A stretch of DNA of 56,919 bases, the filler included, from Dimargaris cristalligena (Eukaryota), in NCBI GenBank assembly GCA_003614675.1. It is 4 parts of 4 records of this genome, joined end to end, with 100 filler letters (N's around TTAATTAATTAA, not from the genome) between each part and the next. Parts side by side here need not be neighbours in the genome. Positions count along the whole stretch, not along the records: positions 1 to 14,216 come from ML002959.1; positions 14,317 to 28,481 come from ML002960.1; 2 more parts are not named here. One strand, 5' to 3'. The stretch's first letter is position 1, and each line of letters begins with the position of its first letter. The notes beneath the pieces are model-generated. The model made no database searches. It was not told the origin of the DNA and was given only the letters and a program-made list of their open reading frames with translations. The position numbers and the translations under genes were made by a program. Shown in pieces: positions 1 through 14,364 of the stretch.

Positions 1-228
1 CCTTTCCCTTTTATTATCTATCTTTTCAAATAAAGTTCAGTTTTCAAGGATTTGAGTTCAGTTCTTTACACTATTACTAATAAAAATAGAGTAAAAATGA
101 CTATACTCATCAGGGGCAGGGGCTGGGGTAAGGGCTCATTCACTCATCAGGGGCATACTTCTGATAAGTGGGAAAAATAGATAAAAAATAAAAATAGGTA
201 AAAATGTGGAAGTTCACTACACTGGTAC

Positions 229-3165
229 CTATATCTCTCCCTCCTTCTTGATCCCCCATAAAGGAGGTGGGTACCAGCTTATCACTGATTTAAGGTAGTT
301 AAGTACCTTCTATCAGCTATATCCTATGCATTATAAAACCTGGGATGCAGTTTGCAATTTTATCTGGCTGGACCAGTGCATAATATCCTTCAATTTAAAG
401 GATAGTTATATGGTGATTAGCATTTACTGGAATTTTCAAAGGTTTTTCTAAACTCAGTTACTTGGGAAATTTTACCAATTCAGTACTCTTCACTTTAGTT
501 AGAGATTATTTCCCTATTTTTTCTGTGCAACAATGAAAATATTAATTTTTACCCTTTACTCATGGAAGCTGAATTATTTACCTTATCTGGATAATTATTT
601 AGTCCTCTGCTCTAATTTGCCTACCAAAATGTACTTAAAATCCCTCTAGGTACAGGGTATAATCAGTTCTTTGGGACTTTATCCCCATCTGACTAAGTAT
701 TAATGGAAACTAGTACTAGTGATAAATCATCTTGGTCTTATATTGGATATCTCCAGCCTGCAGTTCCTTCTAATAAATAAGTTCCATTGAAAATTAGCCT
801 CTCAGATCCTCTATCTACTGAGGAAGGTCACTCAGAAAAAACAGATGGTAAAAGCCCAGTGCTTAGCCTCCCTAGCTGGGTTATTTTAATCAGCCTACCT
901 AGTCTTCCCTGTAGTTTACATGTATCTCTGATCCCTGTATCTATACCTTGTAACTAAGAAAAATTGGGATGCCCCCATAAAACTCACCAATGCTGCCTGT
1001 CAAGATCTCAAGCACCTATTTTGCACCCTCTCAGATACCATACTAAGCCATCTGATCCTGTCCCCAGGGCTTTGTATGGACCTATGATTCCAACCTCGGG
1101 TATAGGGTGTGGACACCTACTTAGTCCTAACTCTATATTCCCACATTAGAGCTTATAGTTGTCAAAAATGTGTTGTAAAGGAACCTACTGAATATAATCT
1201 ACCACTAAATAAAACTGTGGATGGATACTACCTGTGTAGTGGCAGCAATAAATGGGTATGGGTCTCAGAGTCACCAATTAAACAAAATCATTCAGTGGAT
1301 TTGGGAATTAGTAGTAAGAAATAAGATCATCATATTTGGGGATACAAACCACCTGGTGGGGATACTGACTACTGAGGCTGATTTCCTATCATGAATACAA
1401 CAACACAAAGATTAGAAGCTGGATCAGGGATTATTTGTACCTCTCAGTCACTTATATAGGCCTTATACCATTGACTGGTTTGCCAGTCCCTGGAATGCCC
1501 AGTTACTGTACTTTTGCACCCTGCAGGCCCATCCAAGGGTTGCACTGATGAATGCCTTCTATCAGGACTGATCAAAGGAGAGTAGTGAGTTCAATCCCCC
1601 ATTTGGTATCATTGGCCAGGTCCTAGTGAAAATAATCCAGGAACAAGTTTGGGGGATGCTATGTCTGCCTCTTTGGAGAGGCCTGCCCTGGTGGCTGATG
1701 CCTATCTCCCATACTCAGCAGATTATTGAGCTGCCCACCCATGGATAATAGGCAATACCTCCAGCTGGATCCTCCCAACTAATGCCAGCACCCTTCCTAA
1801 ATTGGTAGTAGAAAATGGTTGTGGCTCATTTTTAAACACTCTCAACTACAGGGAGTTATTCTACCCTCATTGTGGGTCACTGGTTACAGTAATTGGCCCC
1901 AGACTTAAAAGAAAATACTATTGCAAAAACAATATTGTCAAATAGTCTCTCCCAATCCACCTGGAGGACGTATAAGAGCCATCACCATCAATATCTGTAG
2001 GTTTGTAGTTCTACTGGAGTTTTGGCACATCCTGTTTCAAGTGTGACCCTAATTGCCTATATTACTCATCTATATACTGCAAGGGCGAACCCCTGTTCAT
2101 TACCAGGAAAATTAATGTTGCTGACAAAATTTGACAAGATTACATTTGGCCAGGTACAGTACTTGGAGGAGGCGGCCTCTCAATTTTGAAAGGGTCATGT
2201 GGTGGCCTACTACCGCGACTTCCCTGAAGCCAAGGACCCTCAGGGTGCCTGTCTGATTCTGATGCAACTATATAGGAACCTCTATACCCCCGGGTGGGTA
2301 CCAAATCCAACACAGCTTAAGGGAGCCACCCTATTTATCCTGGGAATTATCTTTGGTCTAAACACCAGCTCATTAGTGGCATTAAGGTCTCAGGACATGA
2401 CCCTTCGGGACTACTCTTTGTCCATTTTCATCATTGGCAAAAAACGGAAAGCATATTTGGAGGGTGTCCATCAGGTGGCAAGTCCGATTTGCCAGTGATT
2501 TAGGGTAACACTCTAGAGTTATCTCACTTTAGTTAAGACAGGCGGCTTCTGGAAGACTTATAAGACATATCTGGCTGCCTGGGTTACTCGGAGCATCCAG
2601 ACACTTTTGGAATCCTTTGGACACCATGGCACTATCATATCAGGATATTTGTCTCATAGCTTAAGGAAGACCATGGTTGCTGGTATGCTTGCTGCAAAGG
2701 TGGACCCATTAAGTGTATTGGACTGGGGATGCTAAGATGCCTTGGAGATTATGCGGGCATGCTGCCGAGTATCTCTACCTTATCAGATTGATTCACGTCT
2801 TGTTTTTTCCTTCATCATTTAAAATCCGAAGTCCTTTAGTTTACACAGTTTTATATATTTATATTAGTCTTAAATAGCCTTAGGACAACTCCGGTGTATT
2901 GGAGTTGTTATTTTTTCGAGTGGTAGGGTTATTGGGAATAGGCATCTATTAACGAAAATTTGTTTCTGTATCTTTCTCCTTTTATTCCTTCCTACCAGCC
3001 AACCCTAGTGGTTTATTCTATTTTTCCAGTCAAAATTTTATCTGTGTCGTGGTCTTTTCACATGTGCACGACGACTTTTCGGTTATTTGCAGACCGTGGA
3101 CTTGTCCATTTAGTGTAATAAGTAGCACTAATAAAATCACAAACGTTAACGGCATCTATTAACGA
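229..3165 (+). mobile_element. Degenerate DIRS-type (tyrosine-recombinase) retrotransposon relic: RT - RNase H - Dam-like methyltransferase - YR
   Basis: Broken frames carry DIRS motifs in the expected order. RT: YISPSFLIPHKGGGYQLITDLR (~230-295), FNLKDSY, and YLDN (584-595, a decayed YLDD). RNase H: CVVAAINGYGS and HLVGILTTEADFLS (~1230-1392). MT domain: IDWFASPWNAQL (1470) and FNPPFGIIGQVLVKIIQEQ..LPLWRGLPWW (1590-1695). YR: ORF 2199-2498 and HSLRK (2655-2669)..DWG. Many stops and frameshifts; ends are approximate. Confidence 0.85.
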
Positions 3166-3367
3166 TAATATAATGAGGGCTAACTTGTGACCCGTGCCAA
3201 ATTAGGCCTCTAAACTTCCAGACCCAGCCATTGGTTATGAACACCAATGCCCTGTAAGGCAATGTTCGCAAATTCCCTTCTCCATTCTATTCGCTATGCG
3301 CATTTCTGGCGCATCCTCTTATCCCCTCATCCTATTACTCTTTCGCCAATTTACTTTCATTAGGTGC

Positions 3368-5868
<2,501 letters not shown>

Positions 5869-5907
5869 ATCCGCCCTAATCGAATTAATGACCATTTCGG
5901 CAAATCT

Positions 5908-6168
5908 CTCTAAAAGCCAGTCGAATCTTGGTGAAATGCTAGAATCTGAAACATTAGTTTTCTCTCTCTCATTCTAACGGTCCCTCTCGCAATTACTACC
6001 ATCAGAATCAGGAGATCCGGCCCTGAGATGCTCGCCCAGCCTTTCCATTACCGACGAAATTGGCTAGTCGCCCAGGGACATCCAAGCACCTTTCAAGAGC
6101 TGGACTGAAACTACCCCCCCCCCTTGAAATCCGTACTGATACACCATACCATTGCTTAAAAAGTCGGC
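5908..6168 (+). repeat. Direct repeat copy 1 (261 bp)
   Basis: Identical to 6518-6779 except poly-C length (C10 vs C11). Confidence 0.95.
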
Positions 6169-6517
6169 ATGACAATGTTATTTTGTTAGTCGAGCACCTG
6201 CCTGGCTTCCTATTACCGCTAAACACGAAGCGGCTGGTGTTAGTCTTGGGCAATGCATGGTCCAACATGAATACACGATGGGTTACCGCATTCCCAATCC
6301 CCCCTCACCCTTTCTAAGATTTTTATATATACATATTTATAAATATATGTATTTTTGAGACATCAATGTCGCCTCTAATTTGGCTTAATATCAACTGGCC
6401 AAATGCATACCGCTTCACTCACTTTAACTATAACCAGCTGCTTCACACCAGGGTGATGGAATTTTGGTCATGCGCTTCATCTGCCACTACAGCTGTGTCG
6501 GTAATTTTAGACCTACA

Positions 6518-6779
6518 CTCTAAAAGCCAGTCGAATCTTGGTGAAATGCTAGAATCTGAAACATTAGTTTTCTCTCTCTCATTCTAACGGTCCCTCTCGC
6601 AATTACTACCATCAGAATCAGGAGATCCGGCCCTGAGATGCTCGCCCAGCCTTTCCATTACCGACGAAATTGGCTAGTCGCCCAGGGACATCCAAGCACC
6701 TTTCAAGAGCTGGACTGAAACTACCCCCCCCCCCTTGAAATCCGTACTGATACACCATACCATTGCTTAAAAAGTCGGC
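6518..6779 (+). repeat. Direct repeat copy 2 (262 bp)
   Basis: Identical to 5908-6168 except one extra C; the unique spacer between copies is 349 bp. Confidence 0.95.
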
Positions 6780-8975
6780 TCCGTACAGCGTAAAAAGTTG
6801 AAACTGTAAATGGCCTGACGGGGACATAGATTGTCCATCCATTTCGCCCACGCCATCATAACGGGCCTAGCCACATTAACCGTAATAGGACTCTAACACA
6901 GTGTGGGTTGCTGTCCATCACTTAGCGGACTTCAACATCGACTCCCACTTTTCAATTGACCCGTTCGGTTTATTAATCAACCGACCGTTGGCAATGGTAC
7001 TACTAATCGGTTGGCCCTCGAATGGTGCCTACTGACTTGTAAAAACCATAATCAACCACTGAATTCAAATTCTATGAAATGATAATTCTTGCATCATTTA
7101 TAATTTGTGTATAGTTCGATGCGCTAATTGTCGACTCTACCCAGAGTACCCTATAAAGCATAACAGTACCACCTCTCCAGTGGCGGATTCATTTGTTTCA
7201 GATTATATACACAATGAACAACATAAACAGTAATAGACGTATATTATTTTTGGGAGAAGCCGGGGAGTCCCTTCCGCATCCCTATTGTCCAGTCGTATGG
7301 ACATGAGCCCCTGGCCCAACCACAAGTCATTAATGACGGTGGGCTTATTAATAACTCCCTGTGGCTCATTCTGCAAATAAACACTGACCGATAATTTCGG
7401 ATCATCCCAATGTACGATGGAGAGGCCCGGTCCGGTTCATAATACGCCAAAACGCTTGATTTGGTTACATTATTAGATAATAAATCTATGATGTTTATAA
7501 GTGGCTAGGATGTCACATCAAGTCAGTGTCGTTTACATTAAGCCCTATTAAGATATACATCGACAGTCGCAGAAAGTGTAGCCGATTAGAACGTGACCCC
7601 TCGCAGGTCGAAAAGGCATGTTTATTTGGGCACCCCGTTCATATTTGGCAGGAATATGCTTAGCCATCGAAAGGACTAGGCAGTATACCACGAATTTTTC
7701 AATGCTTGATCCCGTGCATTCAGCCATATAATAGGTTTAAAGATCTTTTATACGCCATGTTTTCCTTTAGTTAGATTAAACGAATCTGTTCTTTTTTTTA
7801 AAAAAAATGATCCTGATAAGCCGCCCGTGAATTTCCGCCATTGTACTGACCAGGTATCCCAGCTTTTTTTAAAAAAATAAAAGAATCAGTGGTCGAAAGA
7901 TCTGACGGCGTTGATCCGATAGAATGGATGTTGACACCCCATCTCAACCTGTCTACCACCCCCTCTTTCCCACCTCACTGGCCATGTATTGCCATTGGTA
8001 AACTTCAAGAAGATATATTTGTGTATATTGTCGCATATTCTAAATTATATACCGAGCCAGTCTATGGGGAGGAAGGAGGAGGATGATGTACAAAAGGTTA
8101 TTCACTACCCAAGTCGATTCCAATCGTCAGGGCCTGCCAATAGGCGAGGGTTTTGGGATTTCCCACCAGCACAGACATTCCAGAAACATTAATGGTTTAA
8201 CAGACGCTCATTCGAAGAACCCACATAGGGGAATAAGGACATTCGGTAACGTTTGCGGTTTCTTTGTACATTTCACTTGGCGAATCCGTCACCAATCCTA
8301 GTGAAAATGATAGTGTGCTATCCTTAATAAGGTAATTAAAGGGGCAGATGCTAAGTCCTTGGCGACGGGGATTGGTTAGACTACCTTACATGTTAACACC
8401 CCGTGTCCACACGTCTGTGGTGGTGGGTGTTTTGATGCGGGTGTGTGTAGAGTGGAATGCGTTATTGTGTATGTGTGGGTGTGGATGTGTATGGATGGAT
8501 ACGGTGATGGGCTCACCCCTACTGTAAGAATGGTCGCGCCACTCAGAGTGTCTATAAATGTCACAAATCTCCCACTCAAGAAATCGGGATTAGCTGATTC
8601 GTGTTGGTCATTCGTTCGTATCCCTTTTCCCTCGTCAAGTATGGGAGTGTCTGTGTGTATACAAAGTTTCAGAACGCCAGTAATTAGCCATGGTGGAAAA
8701 GACAAAGAAGTGGGGACCCACCAACGCCAATGGTCGGTGACTGACTTTTTCGTCCTTCCGTAAAAATGGGGTAGGCACGATTGGTGGAGGGGAATAAGGA
8801 AGTAAAACAGGGGTGAAATACTATGTTTTCCGAGGTTTCTGGATTCTAATCTAACCAATCGAATAGTGCAGATATCTCGCTTAGACCAGGCCATGTAACA
8901 TTAGGCTCATAACAGGGGGCCAAAAGTACTTGGAAAAAAATCTGACCACCCCTGAGCAAGAGGCATAATTGCCGC

Positions 8976-8999
8976 CATCGAGAATATATATTCTCGATG
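8976..8999. repeat. Perfect 24-bp palindrome CATCGAGAATAT|ATATTCTCGATG
   Basis: Read directly; 12-bp arms with no spacer. Confidence 0.9.
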
Positions 9000-11900
9000 A
9001 AGAATCGGTGGCCATTGTGCTAATGCTTGTCGGTATGGCTGGGTGACATCGGCAAAAAGTCGATTAGACCAATATTCTGGGAGGGCTTACAGGGATCCGC
9101 TTTAACACGGGTTAATTCCGGAAGGGATAGTGGATTGGGTTCAAAGAGTCGGTTTACATAAAATGCTTAAAAGACCCAGGAATTCCCAATATATTGTTAC
9201 TAGGCACATACAAGGTAGTAGTAGGGGGAACCCCCCTCTTCAACAATAGATTCGACCCGAAACAAAAAAAAATGGCATCCAAAGCGCGAGTATTATTAAT
9301 GGCAGATATATTCAAACACCACTTAGGAAGTATTCGATGACTATAGGTACCTGCCACCTAGTCAAATCCATGGATATTGTCAAGACATTTCAAGCATTTA
9401 CGATATTGTGAAAGTTATTGGCCAGGAATCCGACTTCAGGAAATCGTACTTATTATATCGGATAGAGGATGGTGTGGCAGGACCAACTGTACGGGATAGA
9501 ATAAGAATCATTTGAAAGATCTGGGGCCCTTTTGGGGTGGAATATCTTTGCTGACGACCTGCGTGTGAAGCCAAGGGTATCACGAGTAGGCCAATCCTGC
9601 TAATGCAGTGGGAAGATAGGGGGGCTGACTTTGGCATAATGCCTATATCCTGGTATCATTGGCTTAACAAAATTTAGCCGCCCAGGAGCCTCTTTCAATG
9701 GCTAGGTGGTGAATACCTTCGATAAATGAGCCGCGGAATACAGCCAGAGTTACGATTGAATGGCCGACCGATGGGCAGGTCCTTCGCGCTGATTGACTAG
9801 AGAAGTTCCAGCAAAATTAGAAATACGCCACTACGGTGGGTATGATCCACTGGCGGTATGGTTGAGTCAGATGGTCCGGTCCAGTCGAGTGGTATTACCT
9901 TCAGAAATGCCCTTGCCTCTTCATTAACCTAACTCCCAATCCCGTGAACCAATCTAAAGAGGACTTTAAACCTTGGCCTATTGGGTTGAGGTGAGGCCGA
10001 GATCTCAAATTTACTCCCTATTCAGAGATACGCGTAATCCCATTTGTCCATAATTACTAACCTATTCAAACTTTTTGGCTGAAGAGAATATCCTCAATCC
10101 GAATCAAAACAAAAATCTTACAATCAATGGATCCGCGCTAACTGACTGCCATACCAATGTATCGCCCTATAGGGGGCTAATAATGGATGGCGTCCATGGG
10201 TAGCAGTTGGTTTTGAGGTAACAGGCATACATTGCGCCTGAGAGATACATCTTGAATAACTTTAAAAGCCTTCTGGGCCGCGGGTCCATTTCACTCTATT
10301 TTGACTTGGAAGAATGCCAATAAGCGGCGTGAGCCGCTTCGCTTTACAGTGTCTAATTTAAAACAACAACATCGACTTACACTACTTACTACACTAAGGG
10401 GATGGCGAGACACACTGGTTAGTGGGGACTAATAATGCAAGCCTTCGGCTGTAGGGTGGTCAGCAAAAGCTTAATTCAGGTCTACTATTATTGACATCAA
10501 AATAAGTTCCAATGTCCATCACCAAGTCACCATTAGCAACCATCATAATCACTTGTATGTGTTGCCCCGTGTCGGGAGGCGAATTCGTTATATTAATTGA
10601 ACAGTACATTAGAACGACCGGTGGGCATTATTCTCAAGGGTCATTATTTTTGAATAGGTCGCTCCAACAGGTGCTGGGAACCGATGGATTAGAGGTATAA
10701 TCCAACAAAGAGGAGGATTGCCACTAACCAACAGTCCTACAAACAGATACAAGACCTATCAATTATGGCCACCAAGACCCAGGGGTGCCTTACCGTCTCT
10801 CACTCTAGGGTATAGGGCTGGCAACTTAAAATGTGCCGATCCTTTGATTTTATACCACCCAGATTGGGGACAATTCCTCATCGAGGGGGCTTTTTGCAGT
10901 ACGAACCGGATTCCAGGCTTCATTAGCATTACCGCAAGGGCATCTGCCTTTGAAGTTTGCGAAACGACTCCCTATTAATACGCCAGGGTAATGCAGGGGT
11001 TATCGCCCCAATTAAATAGGTCCCCAATGAAGGGCTTGTTCACTCTTCGAATATATATATTAAAAACGATATCAAGTCGGACCTATAAGCATCGGGTGGC
11101 ACACTCTTAATATTGGGACGCTGGGCTGATAGTCAATAATGGAAGTGGCTAGCCGTGACGAAGCCAGCGTTCCGTATGTAGCCCACATCGTGTCGCGACT
11201 AGCCAAAGCCCTACTCATTAGCGCCAATAATAGTTTATATCAATAGCCATAAAATGAAAACATCGGTAAACCAGATAATACATTAAGTAGCCAACTACTG
11301 GTATTAACTAGCGTAGAGCGTTTTCCCCATTTGGTATCACAATGGGCATATATTATTAATGCCTGATCCTAAAACTGACGGTCAGCGTTGCTCAATATTT
11401 CCCAAAACGGATGAGTAAACTCCGAGAACCGTGAGTAAAAATTGTAGTGCCTGTGTAGGCTATTCAGAGTCGGTCCGATGTTCTTCCTAGTGATAGGAAT
11501 CGGTCACATTTCGGGAAACTCCTCAAAAGACAAGAACTTGCCGGTATTGGGCCTTTATTTCCCTTTTCTATTTCCAGCAAAGCGGAATGGAAAATGAAGT
11601 GTCGCAGATGTTGTCCACCGGAAGTTCAGAATATCTTCGAGACTACTCCGACTTTGTCGATTTACGGCTTAGCGTATATTGGCATTTGAGAGGATGCGAA
11701 TGGAAAGTAAGTTGTATATTTATTTTGTGAGCGTCCAACCTAGGTATAGGGTATGGCATTATTTCCAAGGAGCATACTCGTTTGGTTGATAATCTAATTA
11801 GTGCATGATCTTAGGGTGAAGTAACGACACATAGTGTGGCCGGGCTCGATTAATGGGATGCGGTTAGGCTGGTGGGCTAGGATTGGTGGAAGCCTATTTA

Positions 11901-14154
11901 ACCTTTCGCTTAGATAACATAGGGCCCCGGGGCCTTGAAATCAGGTTGTGCCCGATGAACTGGCCATCGACAAACCAGTAGGAAATGGCCGATCACAAGT
12001 TCATGGCATGGTCATTCATCTTACTTCATACCAAGTAGAGCCATGGGAAATGGCTTTGGCGAAGCCAAACAGTAAATCCCCCCACTCCCGTTCTTCCATT
12101 CTGGCCCGCTTTTTCTTGAGCGCCCCCGCCTATGTTTTGGGGCAGAACTAGGCCAAATTTCCAAAAAAAAAAATATGCGCGGTAATAGTAAGCTTTCAAG
12201 AGAACGGATGTGGATTCGGTGAAGGTAAAACCCGACTTAGTTCATAAGTAGAGTTGTTCACATTGAACTAACGCAAGTTAAAGTAATGCCAAACGTAAAA
12301 AAGAAATTGGGAAGAGGCCAGATGAAATCTGGTTAGCGGTATTTTTTTTAAGAAAAAACAAATAAACGCATATAATACGATAAACTTATAGTACTTACTT
12401 TCTTGATGTAACTCCTCCCACTTTCGACGGTGGCGGATCTCCAAACCCCTGGAGGGCGACGCAAGCAAACATCAATGTTTTACGCTGATTGTAGGCGGGC
12501 TTTGACTCTAATGTTGAAGCTTAGTACGACGCCTCAAGCACCGCTCCACGGTTTAACAGACGACGAGTGGTACTATTCATGGAAATTGGGAAGCAGGTAT
12601 CGACCCTCACATAATATATCTAGAAATGAATAGTGCCGAACAGAAAGAACAAAGACCGAGGCGGGCAAATGATGACACAAAGTTTATATACCTGACTGAG
12701 CTATCGACTGCGGGTTTGCTTGTTGGGATACCACGTGGTCTTGATTGACGTTGTGGCTGTATGCGTTATGCGTGCATACACACAGAAGCCCCCGAACAAT
12801 CCATACGCGGCTGCGGCTCGACGTAGTCCCTGTTCATTAATGCCATCCTGGGGCCCATTAGAAATAATATATTGGGGGGGGGATACTGTACGTGGCTGTC
12901 GTTGCAGGAATGGTCGCCTTGGACGCGAGAGTAGTAATAGTATAGGAGGTAGCATACGGGCAGGGGGTCCGACCGAATCAGATGTGGGGTTTGCATGGTT
13001 CGGCTTGTTGACGCAAATGTAGCAGATTGACGTGCTGGTATCGTAACTCCGTCCAAATGACCCAATCCACTGTTAGGATATCACAGGGGCTATGTTTGCT
13101 TATTCGACAGGTTTTTTTATAAGCGGGGTGACTGAAAATTGGCGTTGGCTGTCAGCATCTCCGTCTGGATGTACAAGGTACGTCGGCGAAAGCATCGCCC
13201 TATGTAACAGAGTAAAGCAGTCCTTCGCCCCGGACTTGGCTGTTGTAGCCGATTACTACTATCAGGCACGGCTTTGATGCTTGGCTTGTCCTATGGACGC
13301 CCTCTCTGTTTCTCTTGATTATGCCGTCAACGAACCCCGACGGTGGGACTGGACCACGTGATCTATACCGCCCTCTCTGTCTTTGCCGCTCTTTCTTTAA
13401 GGAGAGGGGGGCCTTGGATTGAGCTGCAGCGCGGCATTCAACTGAAGAGGGAAGCAACGCATACAGCTGATGAAACATCTAATAGCCAGGGTTTATGCAC
13501 TCCATTGCAGCTCCAGCGCTGGGAATTCGGGGCTGCAAGTATCAGGTCTATGCCGCATAACTAACCAGGCCAGCAGGCCGAGATTACCAACGCCTTAATC
13601 GTTTTGCCACAGCCTGGCCCCTCTATTTTACACGGCCCCTTTGTCAAATAGAAGACCAAGTAGCATGCTACAAGGGCGTTCTGGGCCTTAATTGATTCAC
13701 TCCGCCTTAAAAACTCGAGATACATTAGCTGAGAAAATATACTAGTTTCCCTACTGGACCTGAAACAATACCAGGACCAGCACCTGGACAATAAGCGAGA
13801 ACCAACGCGGTCCCCCTGGTCGGTCGACGGGGGCGCCTCGATTTCGGAAAGCTGGCCCATTCTCCCAAGACTGATTACTTGTGTACTCCTCGATAAACAT
13901 ATCAGCACGGCGGGATTTGTTCGGGGTTTCCACACACCCCGTTCCTAATCCAGTCGCCCCGGCCGACTGTATGGCCGAGGCAGCATAGCCGTCAATAGGC
14001 GGGCTAGGGCTGTGATTGTAACCACCAGATGGACTATAAAGAACCTAAATCAAGCACCGGAAATGGTCCTTGGCAGCTGCCCTTTCTTCCTCCCCCACCG
14101 TCCCTTCTTTAACGTATACACTTGGGCTAATCACCGGTAGTGTGCTCCAGGAGT

Positions 14155-14180
14155 TCTCTCTCTCTCTCTCTCTCTCTCTC
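14155..14180. repeat. (TC)13 microsatellite near contig end
   Basis: Read directly. Confidence 0.9.
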
Positions 14181-14216
14181 TTGATACAAATTGAACCCCC
14201 CCCGTGGGAGAGATGT

Positions 14217-14316
14217 NNNNNNNNNNNNNNNNNNNNNNNNNNNNNNNNNNNNNNNNNNNNTTAATTAATTAANNNNNNNNNNNNNNNNNNNNNNNNNNNN
14301 NNNNNNNNNNNNNNNN
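14217..14316. other. Artificial contig linker (N44-TTAATTAATTAA-N44)
   Basis: 100-nt spacer with stop codons in all frames; the same linker occurs at three places. Confidence 0.98.
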
Positions 14317-14364
14317 GTATCCTCCATAGGCTCCCGTTGCAGCATTTACTGCCGAAGCCGTTAG

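Noticed and set aside
7244-13564. Many 60-170 aa ORFs in contig 1
   Set aside because: No recognisable domains, overlapping on both strands, and often TTG/GTG starts; treated as non-coding.
13561-13935. ORF containing P-loop-like IEGPGCGKT
   Set aside because: The spacing does not fit GxxxxGKT, there is no Walker B, and the ORF ends soon after.
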